A DNA stretch of 64,000 nucleotides, from assembly GCA_963770895.1 (NCBI GenBank), contig CAVYRF010000001.1, positions 704,481 to 768,480 on the forward strand, in the 5' to 3' direction. How positions within the stretch are numbered: the first letter of the stretch is position 1; every line of letters starts with the position of its first letter. The position numbers and the translations under genes were made by a program. The notes beneath the pieces are model-generated. The model saw nothing but the letters and a program-made list of their open reading frames with translations. It did not search any database and was not told the origin of the DNA. Shown here one piece after another: positions 35,403 through 43,721 of the stretch. The stretch comes from an uncultured Acidobacteriota bacterium (GTDB lineage: Bacteria > Acidobacteriota > Thermoanaerobaculia > Multivoradales > UBA5704).

Positions 35403-36812
35403 TCAACCGGTGGGGCCGCCGGCGACGACCTGCCAGGCGGTCCTGAGGGCGTCGGGCAGGCCGTACAGGTCCATGGCGGTGATCAGCAGGGCGCTGGCCC
35501 AGCCGGCGCCGGTCAGCAGCCAACCGGTGCGCCAGGCGCCCATGCGCTGGCGCGAGGCGGTGAACCAGAGCAGCGGGAACATGGCGAAGGGCAGCTGCAG
35601 GGCCAGCACGACCTGGCTCAGGGTGAGCAGGTCGGTGACGCTGCGGTCGCCGTGCCAGGCGATGACTGCGACGGCGGGGACGATCGCGGCGCAGCGGGTG
35701 ATCAGGCGCCGCAGCCAGGGCGACAGGCGCCAGTGCATGAAGCCTTCCATCACCACCTGGCCCGCCAGGGTGCCGGTGATGGTGCTGCTCTGGCCGCTGG
35801 CAAGCAGGGCGATGGCAAAGAGCGCGCTGGCGGCGAAGGTGCCCAAGAGCGGCGCCAGGGTGAGGAAGGCGATGCGGATCCAATCGCTGTCGGGGCGGAA
35901 GGCGACGACCTGGCCGCCGGCCAGGGTGACGCTGGCCTTGCCGAAAAAGACGGTGGCCGCCAGGACCAGGATGGCGGCGTTGACCAGGAACGCGACGCCC
36001 AGCGCCGCGGTCGAATCCAGGGTGTTGAAGCGAATCGCCTGCCGCATGGAGGCCTTGTCGCGCTGCAGCCGCCGGCTCTGCACCAGCGCCGAATGCAGGT
36101 AGAGATTGTGCGGCATGACGGTGGCGCCGATGATGCCGATGGCGACGTAGAGCATACCGCGCTGGCGCAGGCCGGGCGCCGCCAGGGCGCGTCCCATCTC
36201 CAGGAACTGGGGCCGCGTCGCGGGGAGCACGAAGATCTCGGTGAAATAGCAGATGCCGATGGTCGCCACCAGGACCAGGACCACCGCTTCGATGGTGCGC
36301 ATGCCGAAGCGTTGCAGGCCGAGCAGCAGCAGGACGTCCAGGCCGGTGATCACCACGGCCCACAGCAGCGGCAGGTGAAACAGCAGGTTGATCGCCACGG
36401 CGCTGCCCAGCACCTCGGCCAGGTCGCAGGCGGCGATCGCCACTTCGCAGAACAGCCAGTTGGGCCAGCGGGTCCAGGGGGGGAGCCAGTCGCGGCTGCA
36501 CTGCGCCAGGTCCTTGCCGGTGACGACGCCCAGGCGGGCGGCGATGACCTGCAGGAAGATCGCCATGACGCTGGCCAGGGCGACGACCCACAGCAGGCCG
36601 TACTTGAACTGCGCGCCGCCCTGCAGGTCGGTGCCCCAATTGCCGGGATCCATGTAGCCGACGCTGACCAGCAGCGCCGGTCCCGCGAACGCCCGCCAGT
36701 GCCGCCAGAAGCCCTGGTCGGCGCGCGGCACCGCGACGCTCGAATGGACCTCCTGCAACGATTGCGTGGCGGAGGGCGCCGAGGCGGGGCTCATGTCGGA
36801 TGTTTTGAGCAC
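35403..36812 (-). CDS. mntH: Nramp-family divalent metal (Mn2+/Fe2+):proton symporter
   Basis: Signature lines are GPALLVSVGYMDPGNWGTDLQGGAQFKYGLLWVV and ATVMPHNLYLHSALV, with about 11 hydrophobic segments. The start is either GTG 36812 or ATG 36794. Confidence 0.92.
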   Translation of the reverse strand: MLKTSDMSPASAPSATQSLQEVHSSVAVPRADQGFWRHWRAFAGPALLVSVGYMDPGNWGTDLQGGAQFKYGLLWVVALASVMAIFLQVIAARLGVVTGKDLAQCSRDWLPPWTRWPNWLFCEVAIAACDLAEVLGSAVAINLLFHLPLLWAVVITGLDVLLLLGLQRFGMRTIEAVVLVLVATIGICYFTEIFVLPATRPQFLEMGRALAAPGLRQRGMLYVAIGIIGATVMPHNLYLHSALVQSRRLQRDKASMRQAIRFNTLDSTAALGVAFLVNAAILVLAATVFFGKASVTLAGGQVVAFRPDSDWIRIAFLTLAPLLGTFAASALFAIALLASGQSSTITGTLAGQVVMEGFMHWRLSPWLRRLITRCAAIVPAVAVIAWHGDRSVTDLLTLSQVVLALQLPFAMFPLLWFTASRQRMGAWRTGWLLTGAGWASALLITAMDLYGLPDALRTAWQVVAGGPTG

Positions 36813-36819
36813 TCAAAGT

Positions 36820-36849
36820 ATTGAATCACAGGTACCCGAATTGTGTCAA
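36820..36849 (-). promoter_or_regulatory. putative mntH promoter with an embedded imperfect dyad (possible metalloregulator operator)
   Basis: On the minus strand: TTGACA (complement of 36844-36849), an 18-nt spacer, then TTCAAT (complement of 36820-36825). The spacer contains CACAATTCGGGTACCTGTG, with CACA/TGTG arms around GGTACC. Pattern match only. Confidence 0.3.
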
Positions 36850-37036
36850 AGCCCAGGTAGCAGGATGGTGACAGCTGCGCTTTCGGCGCTCGCCGCGCTC
36901 GCGCCGCGCCCGCCATCGTCTAGGATACGGGGCCTGGGCTTGTCGGGCAGCAAGGCCCGCCATCATGCGCTCCGCCCGGCGCGGCTTGCGCGCCGTCGCG
37001 GCAGCCTCAGATCGACCCGATCAAGGAGAGAAAATC

Positions 37037-37417
37037 ATGGGAAACCCGTTCTGCCACGTTGAGCTGACCACGACCGACATGGACAAGGCCAAGAGCTTCT
37101 ACACCGGCCTGTTCGATTGGAATCTCCAGGACGTGCCGATGGGTCCTGGCGGCAGCTACACCTTGATCGGCGTGGGCAAGGACAAGGCCGGCTGCGGTGG
37201 CGGCATGATGTCGATGCCGGGCGCCCCGACGGCGTGGATGGCCTACGTGCTGGTGGACGACGTCAAGGCGTCCACCGAAAAGGCCCGCTCGCTCGGTGCC
37301 ACCATCGTCAAGGATGTGATGGAGGTGCCGGGCGCCGGCTGGATGAGCATCATCACCGATCCGGGTGGTGCCACGCTCGGTCTCTGGGAAGCGAACCCGA
37401 ACGCCCAGCAGTCCTGA
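37037..37417 (+). CDS. VOC (glyoxalase/bleomycin-resistance/dioxygenase) family protein
   Basis: ATG 37037 lies after AAGGAGAG (37023-37030). The 126-aa protein has FCHVELTTTDMDKAKSFYTGLFDW near the start and ends ...DPGGATLGLWE. Confidence 0.85.
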   Translation: MGNPFCHVELTTTDMDKAKSFYTGLFDWNLQDVPMGPGGSYTLIGVGKDKAGCGGGMMSMPGAPTAWMAYVLVDDVKASTEKARSLGATIVKDVMEVPGAGWMSIITDPGGATLGLWEANPNAQQS

Positions 37418-37605
37418 TCGCCCAACCTGCCGCCGGCGTGGCTAGTGAGCCGCCTGTACCCGGCGGCCGCGGACAAGCCAGAGCTGGTCGAGGGCAGGCC
37501 CGGCGCCAGCGGTTTTGCTGGTACAGGTCCCTGGTGCCCCGGTCGTCGGGGCACCGGGCGCCCGGTGGGCGGGGTCGGCCGCGGGGCGGGGCCGGCGGCG
37601 CGGTT

Positions 37606-38271
37606 TCAACCGGCGCTGCTGGCGTGGATGCGGCGGGCGGCGGCGGTGCCGACGACGACGGCCGGGTGGCCGGCGGCGCGCAGGGTCACGGCGTCGGCCA
37701 CCGGGTCCAGGCGCTCGACCACCACCTTGCGGCCCGGCACCAGGCCGTGCTCTTCGGCAAAGCGCAGAAACTGGCCGTCTTCGGATTCGACGCGCGCCAC
37801 CTGCACTTCGCACCCCGGCTCGTAGTCGGCCAGGGTGCGGACGCGCAGCTGGACGACTTCCCCCGCGGCGTCGGGGATCGGGTCGCCGTGCGGGTCGGCG
37901 GTGGGGAAGTCCAGCACTTCGTCGATCCGCCGCAGGACCTTTTCGGAAACCGCGTGCTCGAGCACTTCGGCTTCTTCGTGCACTTCGCTCCAGTCGAGGC
38001 CCAGCACCCGCACCAGGAACAGCTCCAGCAGGCGGTGGCGGCGCAGCACGTGCAGGGCGAGCTTTTCGCCGCTGCGCGTCAGCCGCACGCCGGTGCGCGG
38101 TTCGTAATAGACCAGGCGCGCTTCGTCGAGCGCCTTGACCATGCTGGTCACGGTGCCCGGCACGACTCCCATGAGGGTCGCCAGGCGGCCCAGCGGCACC
38201 AGGCGCTCGGGACAGCGCTGCTGTTCCATGTACAGGCGCTTGACGTAGTCCTCGACCGTGCTGGTGGGCAT
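37606..38271 (-). CDS. DtxR/IdeR/MntR-family metal-dependent transcriptional regulator with C-terminal FeoA/SH3-like domain
   Basis: 221 aa. Signature lines are EDYVKRLY, the HTH LATLMGVVPGTVTSMVKALDEARLV, the metal-site region HRLLELFL...EVHEEAEVLEH, and a C-terminal SH3-like part. Confidence 0.88.
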   Translation of the reverse strand: MPTSTVEDYVKRLYMEQQRCPERLVPLGRLATLMGVVPGTVTSMVKALDEARLVYYEPRTGVRLTRSGEKLALHVLRRHRLLELFLVRVLGLDWSEVHEEAEVLEHAVSEKVLRRIDEVLDFPTADPHGDPIPDAAGEVVQLRVRTLADYEPGCEVQVARVESEDGQFLRFAEEHGLVPGRKVVVERLDPVADAVTLRAAGHPAVVVGTAAARRIHASSAG

Positions 38272-38468
38272 TGCGGGGGGAGTCTACCAGGTAGGGTGGG
38301 AGTCGATTGCGTGCTTTCGAACGGTGCGGCAGGCGGGGACATGGTATCATTTGCGCACATTCGACGGCCAGGTATTTGTCGCCGCCGAGCCGCTGTAGTA
38401 CCTTAGTACCCAATGGCGAAAATGCTGGTGCCTCGGTGGGTCGTGCGACGGGTCAAGGTCACCGCGCA

Positions 38469-39227
38469 ATGAAGACCGTGTCCCGCCTGCTGTCCGTCGC
38501 CGCCTACGGCCTGGTGCGACCGTGGATGCGGCGCCGGGTGGGCCGGACGGTGCTCGAATCGATCGATGGCGTGCCGCTGGTGGTGTTGCCCCAGGTGCTC
38601 AACCCGCGCGTCTTCCGCACCGGCGCCTGGCTGGCGCAGGCGGTGCCGCCGGCTGCCGCGCCGGCGGCCACCCGCCGCGCTCTCGACATGGGCACCGGCT
38701 CGGGCATCGGCGCCATCTTCGCCGCCCGCCGCGGCTATCGCGTGACGGCGCTCGACATCAATCCCCACGCCGTCCGGTGCGCTCGCGTGAACGCCCTGCT
38801 CAACGGCCTGGACCAGCAGATCGACGTGCGGCAGAGCGACCTGTTCGACGCCGTCGCCGGCGAACGCTTCGACCTGGTGCTGTTCAATCCGCCATTTTTC
38901 CCCGGCACGCCGCGCGATCCGCTGGACGCGGCCTGGCGCAGCCACGACGTCATCGAGCGCTTCACCGCCGGCCTGCCCGCGGCGCTGGCGCCGGGAGGGT
39001 CGGCCCTGCTGCTGCTGTCCAGCGCCGGCGGCTCCGACAGCAAGCTCCTGGCCCACGTCCCCGCCCAGCTGCGCGTCGCGCCGGTCTTCCGCCGCGGCTT
39101 TGCCGGCGAAACGATCACGCTCTTTGCCGCCACCTGGGTCCCCGCCGCCAGCGCCAGCGCGGCCCAGGCCGGCGCCGCCCGGCCGCTGGCGGCGCCCGCG
39201 CTGTCCTCCGTGGAGGTGATGCGATGA
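38469..39227 (+). CDS. HemK/PrmC-like (NPPF motif) SAM-dependent methyltransferase
   Basis: ATG 38469. Motif I is LDMGTGSGIGAIFAA and motif IV is LVLFNPPFFPG. Its stop overlaps the next start (ATGA at 39224). Confidence 0.75.
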   Translation: MKTVSRLLSVAAYGLVRPWMRRRVGRTVLESIDGVPLVVLPQVLNPRVFRTGAWLAQAVPPAAAPAATRRALDMGTGSGIGAIFAARRGYRVTALDINPHAVRCARVNALLNGLDQQIDVRQSDLFDAVAGERFDLVLFNPPFFPGTPRDPLDAAWRSHDVIERFTAGLPAALAPGGSALLLLSSAGGSDSKLLAHVPAQLRVAPVFRRGFAGETITLFAATWVPAASASAAQAGAARPLAAPALSSVEVMR

Positions 39228-40816
39228 GCGCCAGCGTTGCCTCGGCAGGCGTGTCGGGCGCGGCGGCGGGCCGCCAGCGGGTGCTGCTGGTCAATCCGCG
39301 CATGTGCTCGCGCCGCTCGATGCGCCTGCCGCTGTCGCTGCTGTCGCTGGGTTCGGTCCTGGAAGGGCGCTACGACTACCAGCTGATCGACGGCAATGTC
39401 GATCCCGACGCCATCGGCACCGCGCTCGCCGCGCTGGCGCAAGGCGACCATGCAATGGTGGGGGTGAGCGTCATGCCGGGGCCGCAGGTGGGGCCGGCGA
39501 TCGCGCTGTCCACCGCGGTGCGCGCGCACTTCCCGCAGGTGCCGATCGCCTGGGGCGGGTACTTCCCGACCCTCTACCCGGATTCGGCGATCAACGCTTC
39601 GTACGTCGACTACGTGGTGCGCGGCCAGGGCGAAGAAACCCTGCTGGAGCTGCTGGCGCGGCTGCCCGACGCCGGGCCGCCGGCGCCGCCATCCGACTCG
39701 GCTGCCGACGCCGGCGCCCTGGCCGGCCTGGCGGGCCTGACCTTCAAGCACGACGCCGAAGTGCGGCACAACGCCGACCGCCACTTCAAGCCGCCGGACG
39801 ACCTGCCGCCGCTGCCCTACCAGCGCCTGGCCGACGTCACGCCCTACCTGCGCCCGACGTTCATGGGGGCGCGCACCGGCGTGCACCAGGCGGCCCTGGG
39901 CTGCCGCTATCGCTGCAGCTTCTGCGGCGTCGTCACGATGTTCAACGGCGTCACCCGCCTGCAGGGAGCGTCGCGCCTGGCGCAGGCGGTGACGACGCTG
40001 CGCGACAAGTACGGCGCCGACTCGATGCAGTACTACGACAACAATTTCTTCGACCGCGAAGAGAGCAGCGTGCCGCTGCTCGAAGAGCTCGCCCGCCTGC
40101 AATCGCCCTGGTGGTGCTATGCGCGCGCCGACACCATGGCGGGCTTTTCGACCCGCACCTGGGAGCTCATCCGCCAGAGCCGCATGCGCATGGCCTACAT
40201 CGGCGCCGAAGCGGGGAGCGACGCGGCGCTGCGCCAGATGAAAAAGGGGTCGCGCGTCGAAGACACGTTGGAGGTCGCGCGCCTGTGCCGCGCCTACGGC
40301 GTGGTGCCCGAGCTGTCGTTCGTGCTCGGCGGCCCCGACGATCCCGAAGGCGAGGTCGAGCACACCCTGAGCTTCATCAAGCGCATCAAGCAGATCCACC
40401 CCACCTGCGAAGTCGTGCTGTACTTCTACAGCCCGACGCCGCGGCGGGAAGCCGCGTCAGAGGCGACGCGGGCCAGCGGCCTGCGCCTGCCGGTGATGGA
40501 CAACTACGGCCCGGACGGCCCGCCGCTGCCGACGACGCCGCTCGAATGGACCGAGCGCAAGTGGATCGACTACGTGTGCCACCAGGACGCGCCCTGGCTG
40601 TCGCCGCGCCTGCGCCGCCGCGTGCGCGACTTCGCGACCGTGCTCGGCTGCCGTTTCCCGACCGTGCAGGACGCCAAGACCCCGGACTGGGGCAAGGCGA
40701 TCCTGCGCAACCTGTCCCGCTGGCGCTACAGCAGCGGCCTCTACGGCAGCCCCTGGGAGCTGGAGCTGGCCCGGCGCCTGGTGCCCTTGCGCCAGCCGCA
40801 GCGCGAAAGCCTGTGA
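39224..40816 (+). CDS. class B (cobalamin-binding-domain type) radical SAM enzyme, copy 1
   Basis: 530 aa. An N-terminal alpha/beta domain (VLLVNP...PLSLLSLGS...) is followed by GCRYRCSFC (CxxxCxxC). It is a paralogue of the 46896..48320 gene, sharing N-terminal and C-terminal motifs. Confidence 0.88.
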   Translation: MSASVASAGVSGAAAGRQRVLLVNPRMCSRRSMRLPLSLLSLGSVLEGRYDYQLIDGNVDPDAIGTALAALAQGDHAMVGVSVMPGPQVGPAIALSTAVRAHFPQVPIAWGGYFPTLYPDSAINASYVDYVVRGQGEETLLELLARLPDAGPPAPPSDSAADAGALAGLAGLTFKHDAEVRHNADRHFKPPDDLPPLPYQRLADVTPYLRPTFMGARTGVHQAALGCRYRCSFCGVVTMFNGVTRLQGASRLAQAVTTLRDKYGADSMQYYDNNFFDREESSVPLLEELARLQSPWWCYARADTMAGFSTRTWELIRQSRMRMAYIGAEAGSDAALRQMKKGSRVEDTLEVARLCRAYGVVPELSFVLGGPDDPEGEVEHTLSFIKRIKQIHPTCEVVLYFYSPTPRREAASEATRASGLRLPVMDNYGPDGPPLPTTPLEWTERKWIDYVCHQDAPWLSPRLRRRVRDFATVLGCRFPTVQDAKTPDWGKAILRNLSRWRYSSGLYGSPWELELARRLVPLRQPQRESL

Positions 40817-42537
40817 CGGACACCCAGCCCGACAGGCTGCCGGCAGCGAAGCTGCCGCTGCGGCACGGCGCCTATGCGTGGCAGACGCGCTGGCGCCCCG
40901 GCGAGCTCGCCACCGCCCGCTTCATGCCCATGGGCCTCCACCTGGAGCTGGTCACCAACAGCCCGCCCCTCCTGGCTGCCGCCCGCCAGTGCTTCGGCGG
41001 CTACGGCGAGCCGGCGCCAGACCGCCCCGTCGATCTCACCCTGAGGCTCTACCAGCACTCCGTCGACGCGCCGGCGCCAGGCGCTGGCGTCGCTACGACC
41101 GCCGCTACGTCCGGCCACCTCGCCACGGCAACGGCCGCCGCCGCCAACCCGGCCGGCACCGCCGGCCTCCCCGACCTGGCCAACACCGCCAACCCCGCCG
41201 ACCAGGGGTTCAACGGGGGCAGCGTCGCGGCGATCCACCCAGTGAGGGCGGCTGCCCTCCCGGAGGCCGGGCCGCCCGGCGCCGCCACGTCCGGCAGCTG
41301 TGTCGCCGCAACCGCCGCCGGCGCCACCCCCGGCTCCGTCGCTGCAACCGCCATCCACGCCTCGACGACCGGCAACGCCGCTGCTGCAACCGCCATCGGC
41401 GCCGCCATGTCTGGCAGCTCTAGCGCAGCAACCGCTGCCGACGCTACGACCGGCAACTCCGCTGCTGCAGCCGCCATCGGCGCCGCCATGTCTGGCAGCT
41501 CTAGCGCAGCAACCGCTGCCGACGCTACGACCGGCAACTCCGCTGCTGCAGCCGCCATCGGCGCCGCCATGTCTGGCAGCTCCGTCGCCGCAACCGCTGC
41601 CGACGCTACGACCGGCAGCTCCAGTGCCGCAACCGCTGCCGACGCTACGACCGGCAGCTCTAGTGCAGCAACCGCTGGCGACGCCACGACCGGCAGCTCC
41701 GTCGCCGCCACCTCACCTGTCGCCGCGATGGCTGGTGCCGCCGCCGGCGGCCGGGACGTGCATTTCTTTGACGGCGGCGCCGCCGGCGCGCCGCTGTCCG
41801 CGCCGATCCTGCGCTGCGAGGGTCCGTATCTCTACCAGGCCAGCGGGTCTGACACGGTGATGGTGGCCGACCGCGGCGCCGGGGTCACCTTCGGCTACCT
41901 GGCCGCAGCGACCGTGGCCGATGCAGCGCACCTCACCTGGCACTACCTGTGGCCGGCGGTTTCCTATCACCTGGAATGCCGCGGTTTTGCCGGAGTGCAC
42001 GCCGCCGCCATCGCGCGGCGAGGCCGCGGGCTGCTGCTGCGCGGCCGCAGCGGCCAGGGCAAGACGACGCTCACCTATGCGGCCACCCGTCGCGGCTGGC
42101 AGGCCGTCAGCGAAGACATCGTATGGGTGGACGCCCGCGGCGCCACCTGGTGGGGCTCGCCCTGGACCTTCCACCTGCTGCCGGACGCCCGCCAGCTCTT
42201 TTCCGAGTTGAGCGGGCGCGGCGTCGCCCTGCAGCCCAACGGCGAAGTCAAAGTGGTGGTCGACATGGAATCCCTCTGGCCCGGCAGCACCCTGCCCAAG
42301 GCCGCGGCCGGCCCGGTGGTCATCCTGGAGCGCCGCCATGGCGGCACCAGCAGCCTGGTCACCCTCGACCCGGCCACAGCGCACCACGAATGGCTGGACG
42401 GCTGCGCCCGCCACGAGCGCCAGGCCCCCGGCTACGACCAGACGGTGGCGGACCTGCTCAGCAGAGGTTGCCACCGCCTCCACCTGGGAGACGACCTGGA
42501 CGGCGCCCTGGACCTGTTGGAGCCGCTCCTGCCATGA
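40813..42537 (+). CDS. HPr-kinase-related P-loop kinase with long internal low-complexity repeat region
   Basis: GTG 40813 overlaps the upstream stop (GTGA). The C-terminal domain is GFAGVHAAAIARRGRGLLLRGRSGQGKTTLTYAATRRGWQAVSEDIVWV, which matches the HprK C-terminal-like P-loop pattern. An Ala/Thr/Ser-rich stretch of about 190 aa separates the N- and C-terminal domains. Confidence 0.7.
   Translation: MTDTQPDRLPAAKLPLRHGAYAWQTRWRPGELATARFMPMGLHLELVTNSPPLLAAARQCFGGYGEPAPDRPVDLTLRLYQHSVDAPAPGAGVATTAATSGHLATATAAAANPAGTAGLPDLANTANPADQGFNGGSVAAIHPVRAAALPEAGPPGAATSGSCVAATAAGATPGSVAATAIHASTTGNAAAATAIGAAMSGSSSAATAADATTGNSAAAAAIGAAMSGSSSAATAADATTGNSAAAAAIGAAMSGSSVAATAADATTGSSSAATAADATTGSSSAATAGDATTGSSVAATSPVAAMAGAAAGGRDVHFFDGGAAGAPLSAPILRCEGPYLYQASGSDTVMVADRGAGVTFGYLAAATVADAAHLTWHYLWPAVSYHLECRGFAGVHAAAIARRGRGLLLRGRSGQGKTTLTYAATRRGWQAVSEDIVWVDARGATWWGSPWTFHLLPDARQLFSELSGRGVALQPNGEVKVVVDMESLWPGSTLPKAAAGPVVILERRHGGTSSLVTLDPATAHHEWLDGCARHERQAPGYDQTVADLLSRGCHRLHLGDDLDGALDLLEPLLP
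41380..41703 (+). repeat. in-frame tandem repeats (81 bp x about 2.6, then 36 bp x about 3) inside the kinase gene
   Basis: Units start at 41380, 41461 and 41542 (GCTGCTGCARCCGCCATCGGCGCCGCCATGTCTGGCAGCTC...). They encode AAATAIGAAMSGSSSAATAADATTGNS, followed by AATAADATTGSS repeats. Confidence 0.85.
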
Positions 42538-43721
42538 CGCTCGAAGCAATCGCGGACCAGGAGGCTACACCGCCTGCCGCCGCCGCCGCTGCCGGCGGGT
42601 CGCCTTCCGCCGCCGTCGCCGGTGGCGAGCCGCCACCCGGCGCTGCAGGAGACGCCGGGCGTCTGGCGTGGATGTGCGAGCGGCTGGCCGTTTGGGTGGT
42701 CGCCCCGCCGCCGCAGCCGCCGCCGGCGTGGCCGGCCGCGGCGTGGGAGGACTTTCGTGCCGCCACGCAGGTCCACGGCGTCGGCCCGCTGCTGGGGCGG
42801 CGCCTGGGCGACCGCCAGCCATGGTCGCAGGCGGCAGCCTGGCTTGGCGCCGAGCATGCCGCCAACCGCTTGCGCGTCGAGCGTCTGCACCAGGACTTGC
42901 GCGCGATCCTGGCGCGCTTTGCCGCCGCGGACGTGCCGCTCATGCCGCTCAAGGGCGCGGTGCTGGGGCCGCTCTATTATTCCGACCCCGCGGAGCGGCC
43001 AATGGCCGACCTGGACCTGCTGGTGCGCGCCGAAACGCTGGCGCAGAGCGCCCAGCTGCTGGTCGACATCGGCTATGAGGTGGTCTTTGAAGGCCGCAAA
43101 CACGTCAAGCTGGCGCCGCGCGGCGGCCGTCGCCGCCCGGTCAGCGACGCCGGCGGCGCCAGCGACGGCGACGTTGGCGCCGACGCCGGTGGTAGCCCCG
43201 GCCCCGGCCCCGGCGACCACGAGGCGGCCGGCGAGCACCCCGACAACCCGCGCTGGGTCGAGCTGCATCCGGCCTGCGGCGAATGGCTGGGGGACGAGCG
43301 CATCGATCTGACCGGCCCGATCTGGGCCGGCGCCCGCCGGCAGCCGCTGCTGGGCGAGCCGGCCTGGCTGCCCGACCCGGCGACCCATTGGCTCTACCTG
43401 TTGGTGCATGCCACCCACCACATCCTGATCAATCGCTTCCGTCTCATCCAGCTGCTCGACCTGCTGCTGCTTTGCCCGACGGACCTGTTGGGCGCCGCCC
43501 TCCAGGTCGAGCCGCCCGCCGCCGCGGCCGCCATGGCGCGCGCCCTGTACCCGCCTCTCGCGCTCCTCCAACGGTACTTCCCGGCGGGCGCCACCGCCGC
43601 CGCGACGGCCCTGCGCCAGGACTTGCGCGCGCGGCTGGCGCCCGGCTACGCGGCCTGGGCCGACGGCCTGGACCTGTTCCAGGCTTGCTATCTCGACGCC
43701 GCGCCGTGGAGGGCGCCATGA
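42534..43721 (+). CDS. uncharacterised nucleotidyltransferase family protein (PF14907-like)
   Basis: ATG 42534 overlaps the upstream stop (ATGA). VPLMPLKGAVLGPLYYSDPAERPMADLDLLVR and LYLLVHATHH resemble the NTP_transf_5 family signature as I remember it. Confidence 0.7.
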   Translation: MTLEAIADQEATPPAAAAAAGGSPSAAVAGGEPPPGAAGDAGRLAWMCERLAVWVVAPPPQPPPAWPAAAWEDFRAATQVHGVGPLLGRRLGDRQPWSQAAAWLGAEHAANRLRVERLHQDLRAILARFAAADVPLMPLKGAVLGPLYYSDPAERPMADLDLLVRAETLAQSAQLLVDIGYEVVFEGRKHVKLAPRGGRRRPVSDAGGASDGDVGADAGGSPGPGPGDHEAAGEHPDNPRWVELHPACGEWLGDERIDLTGPIWAGARRQPLLGEPAWLPDPATHWLYLLVHATHHILINRFRLIQLLDLLLLCPTDLLGAALQVEPPAAAAAMARALYPPLALLQRYFPAGATAAATALRQDLRARLAPGYAAWADGLDLFQACYLDAAPWRAP

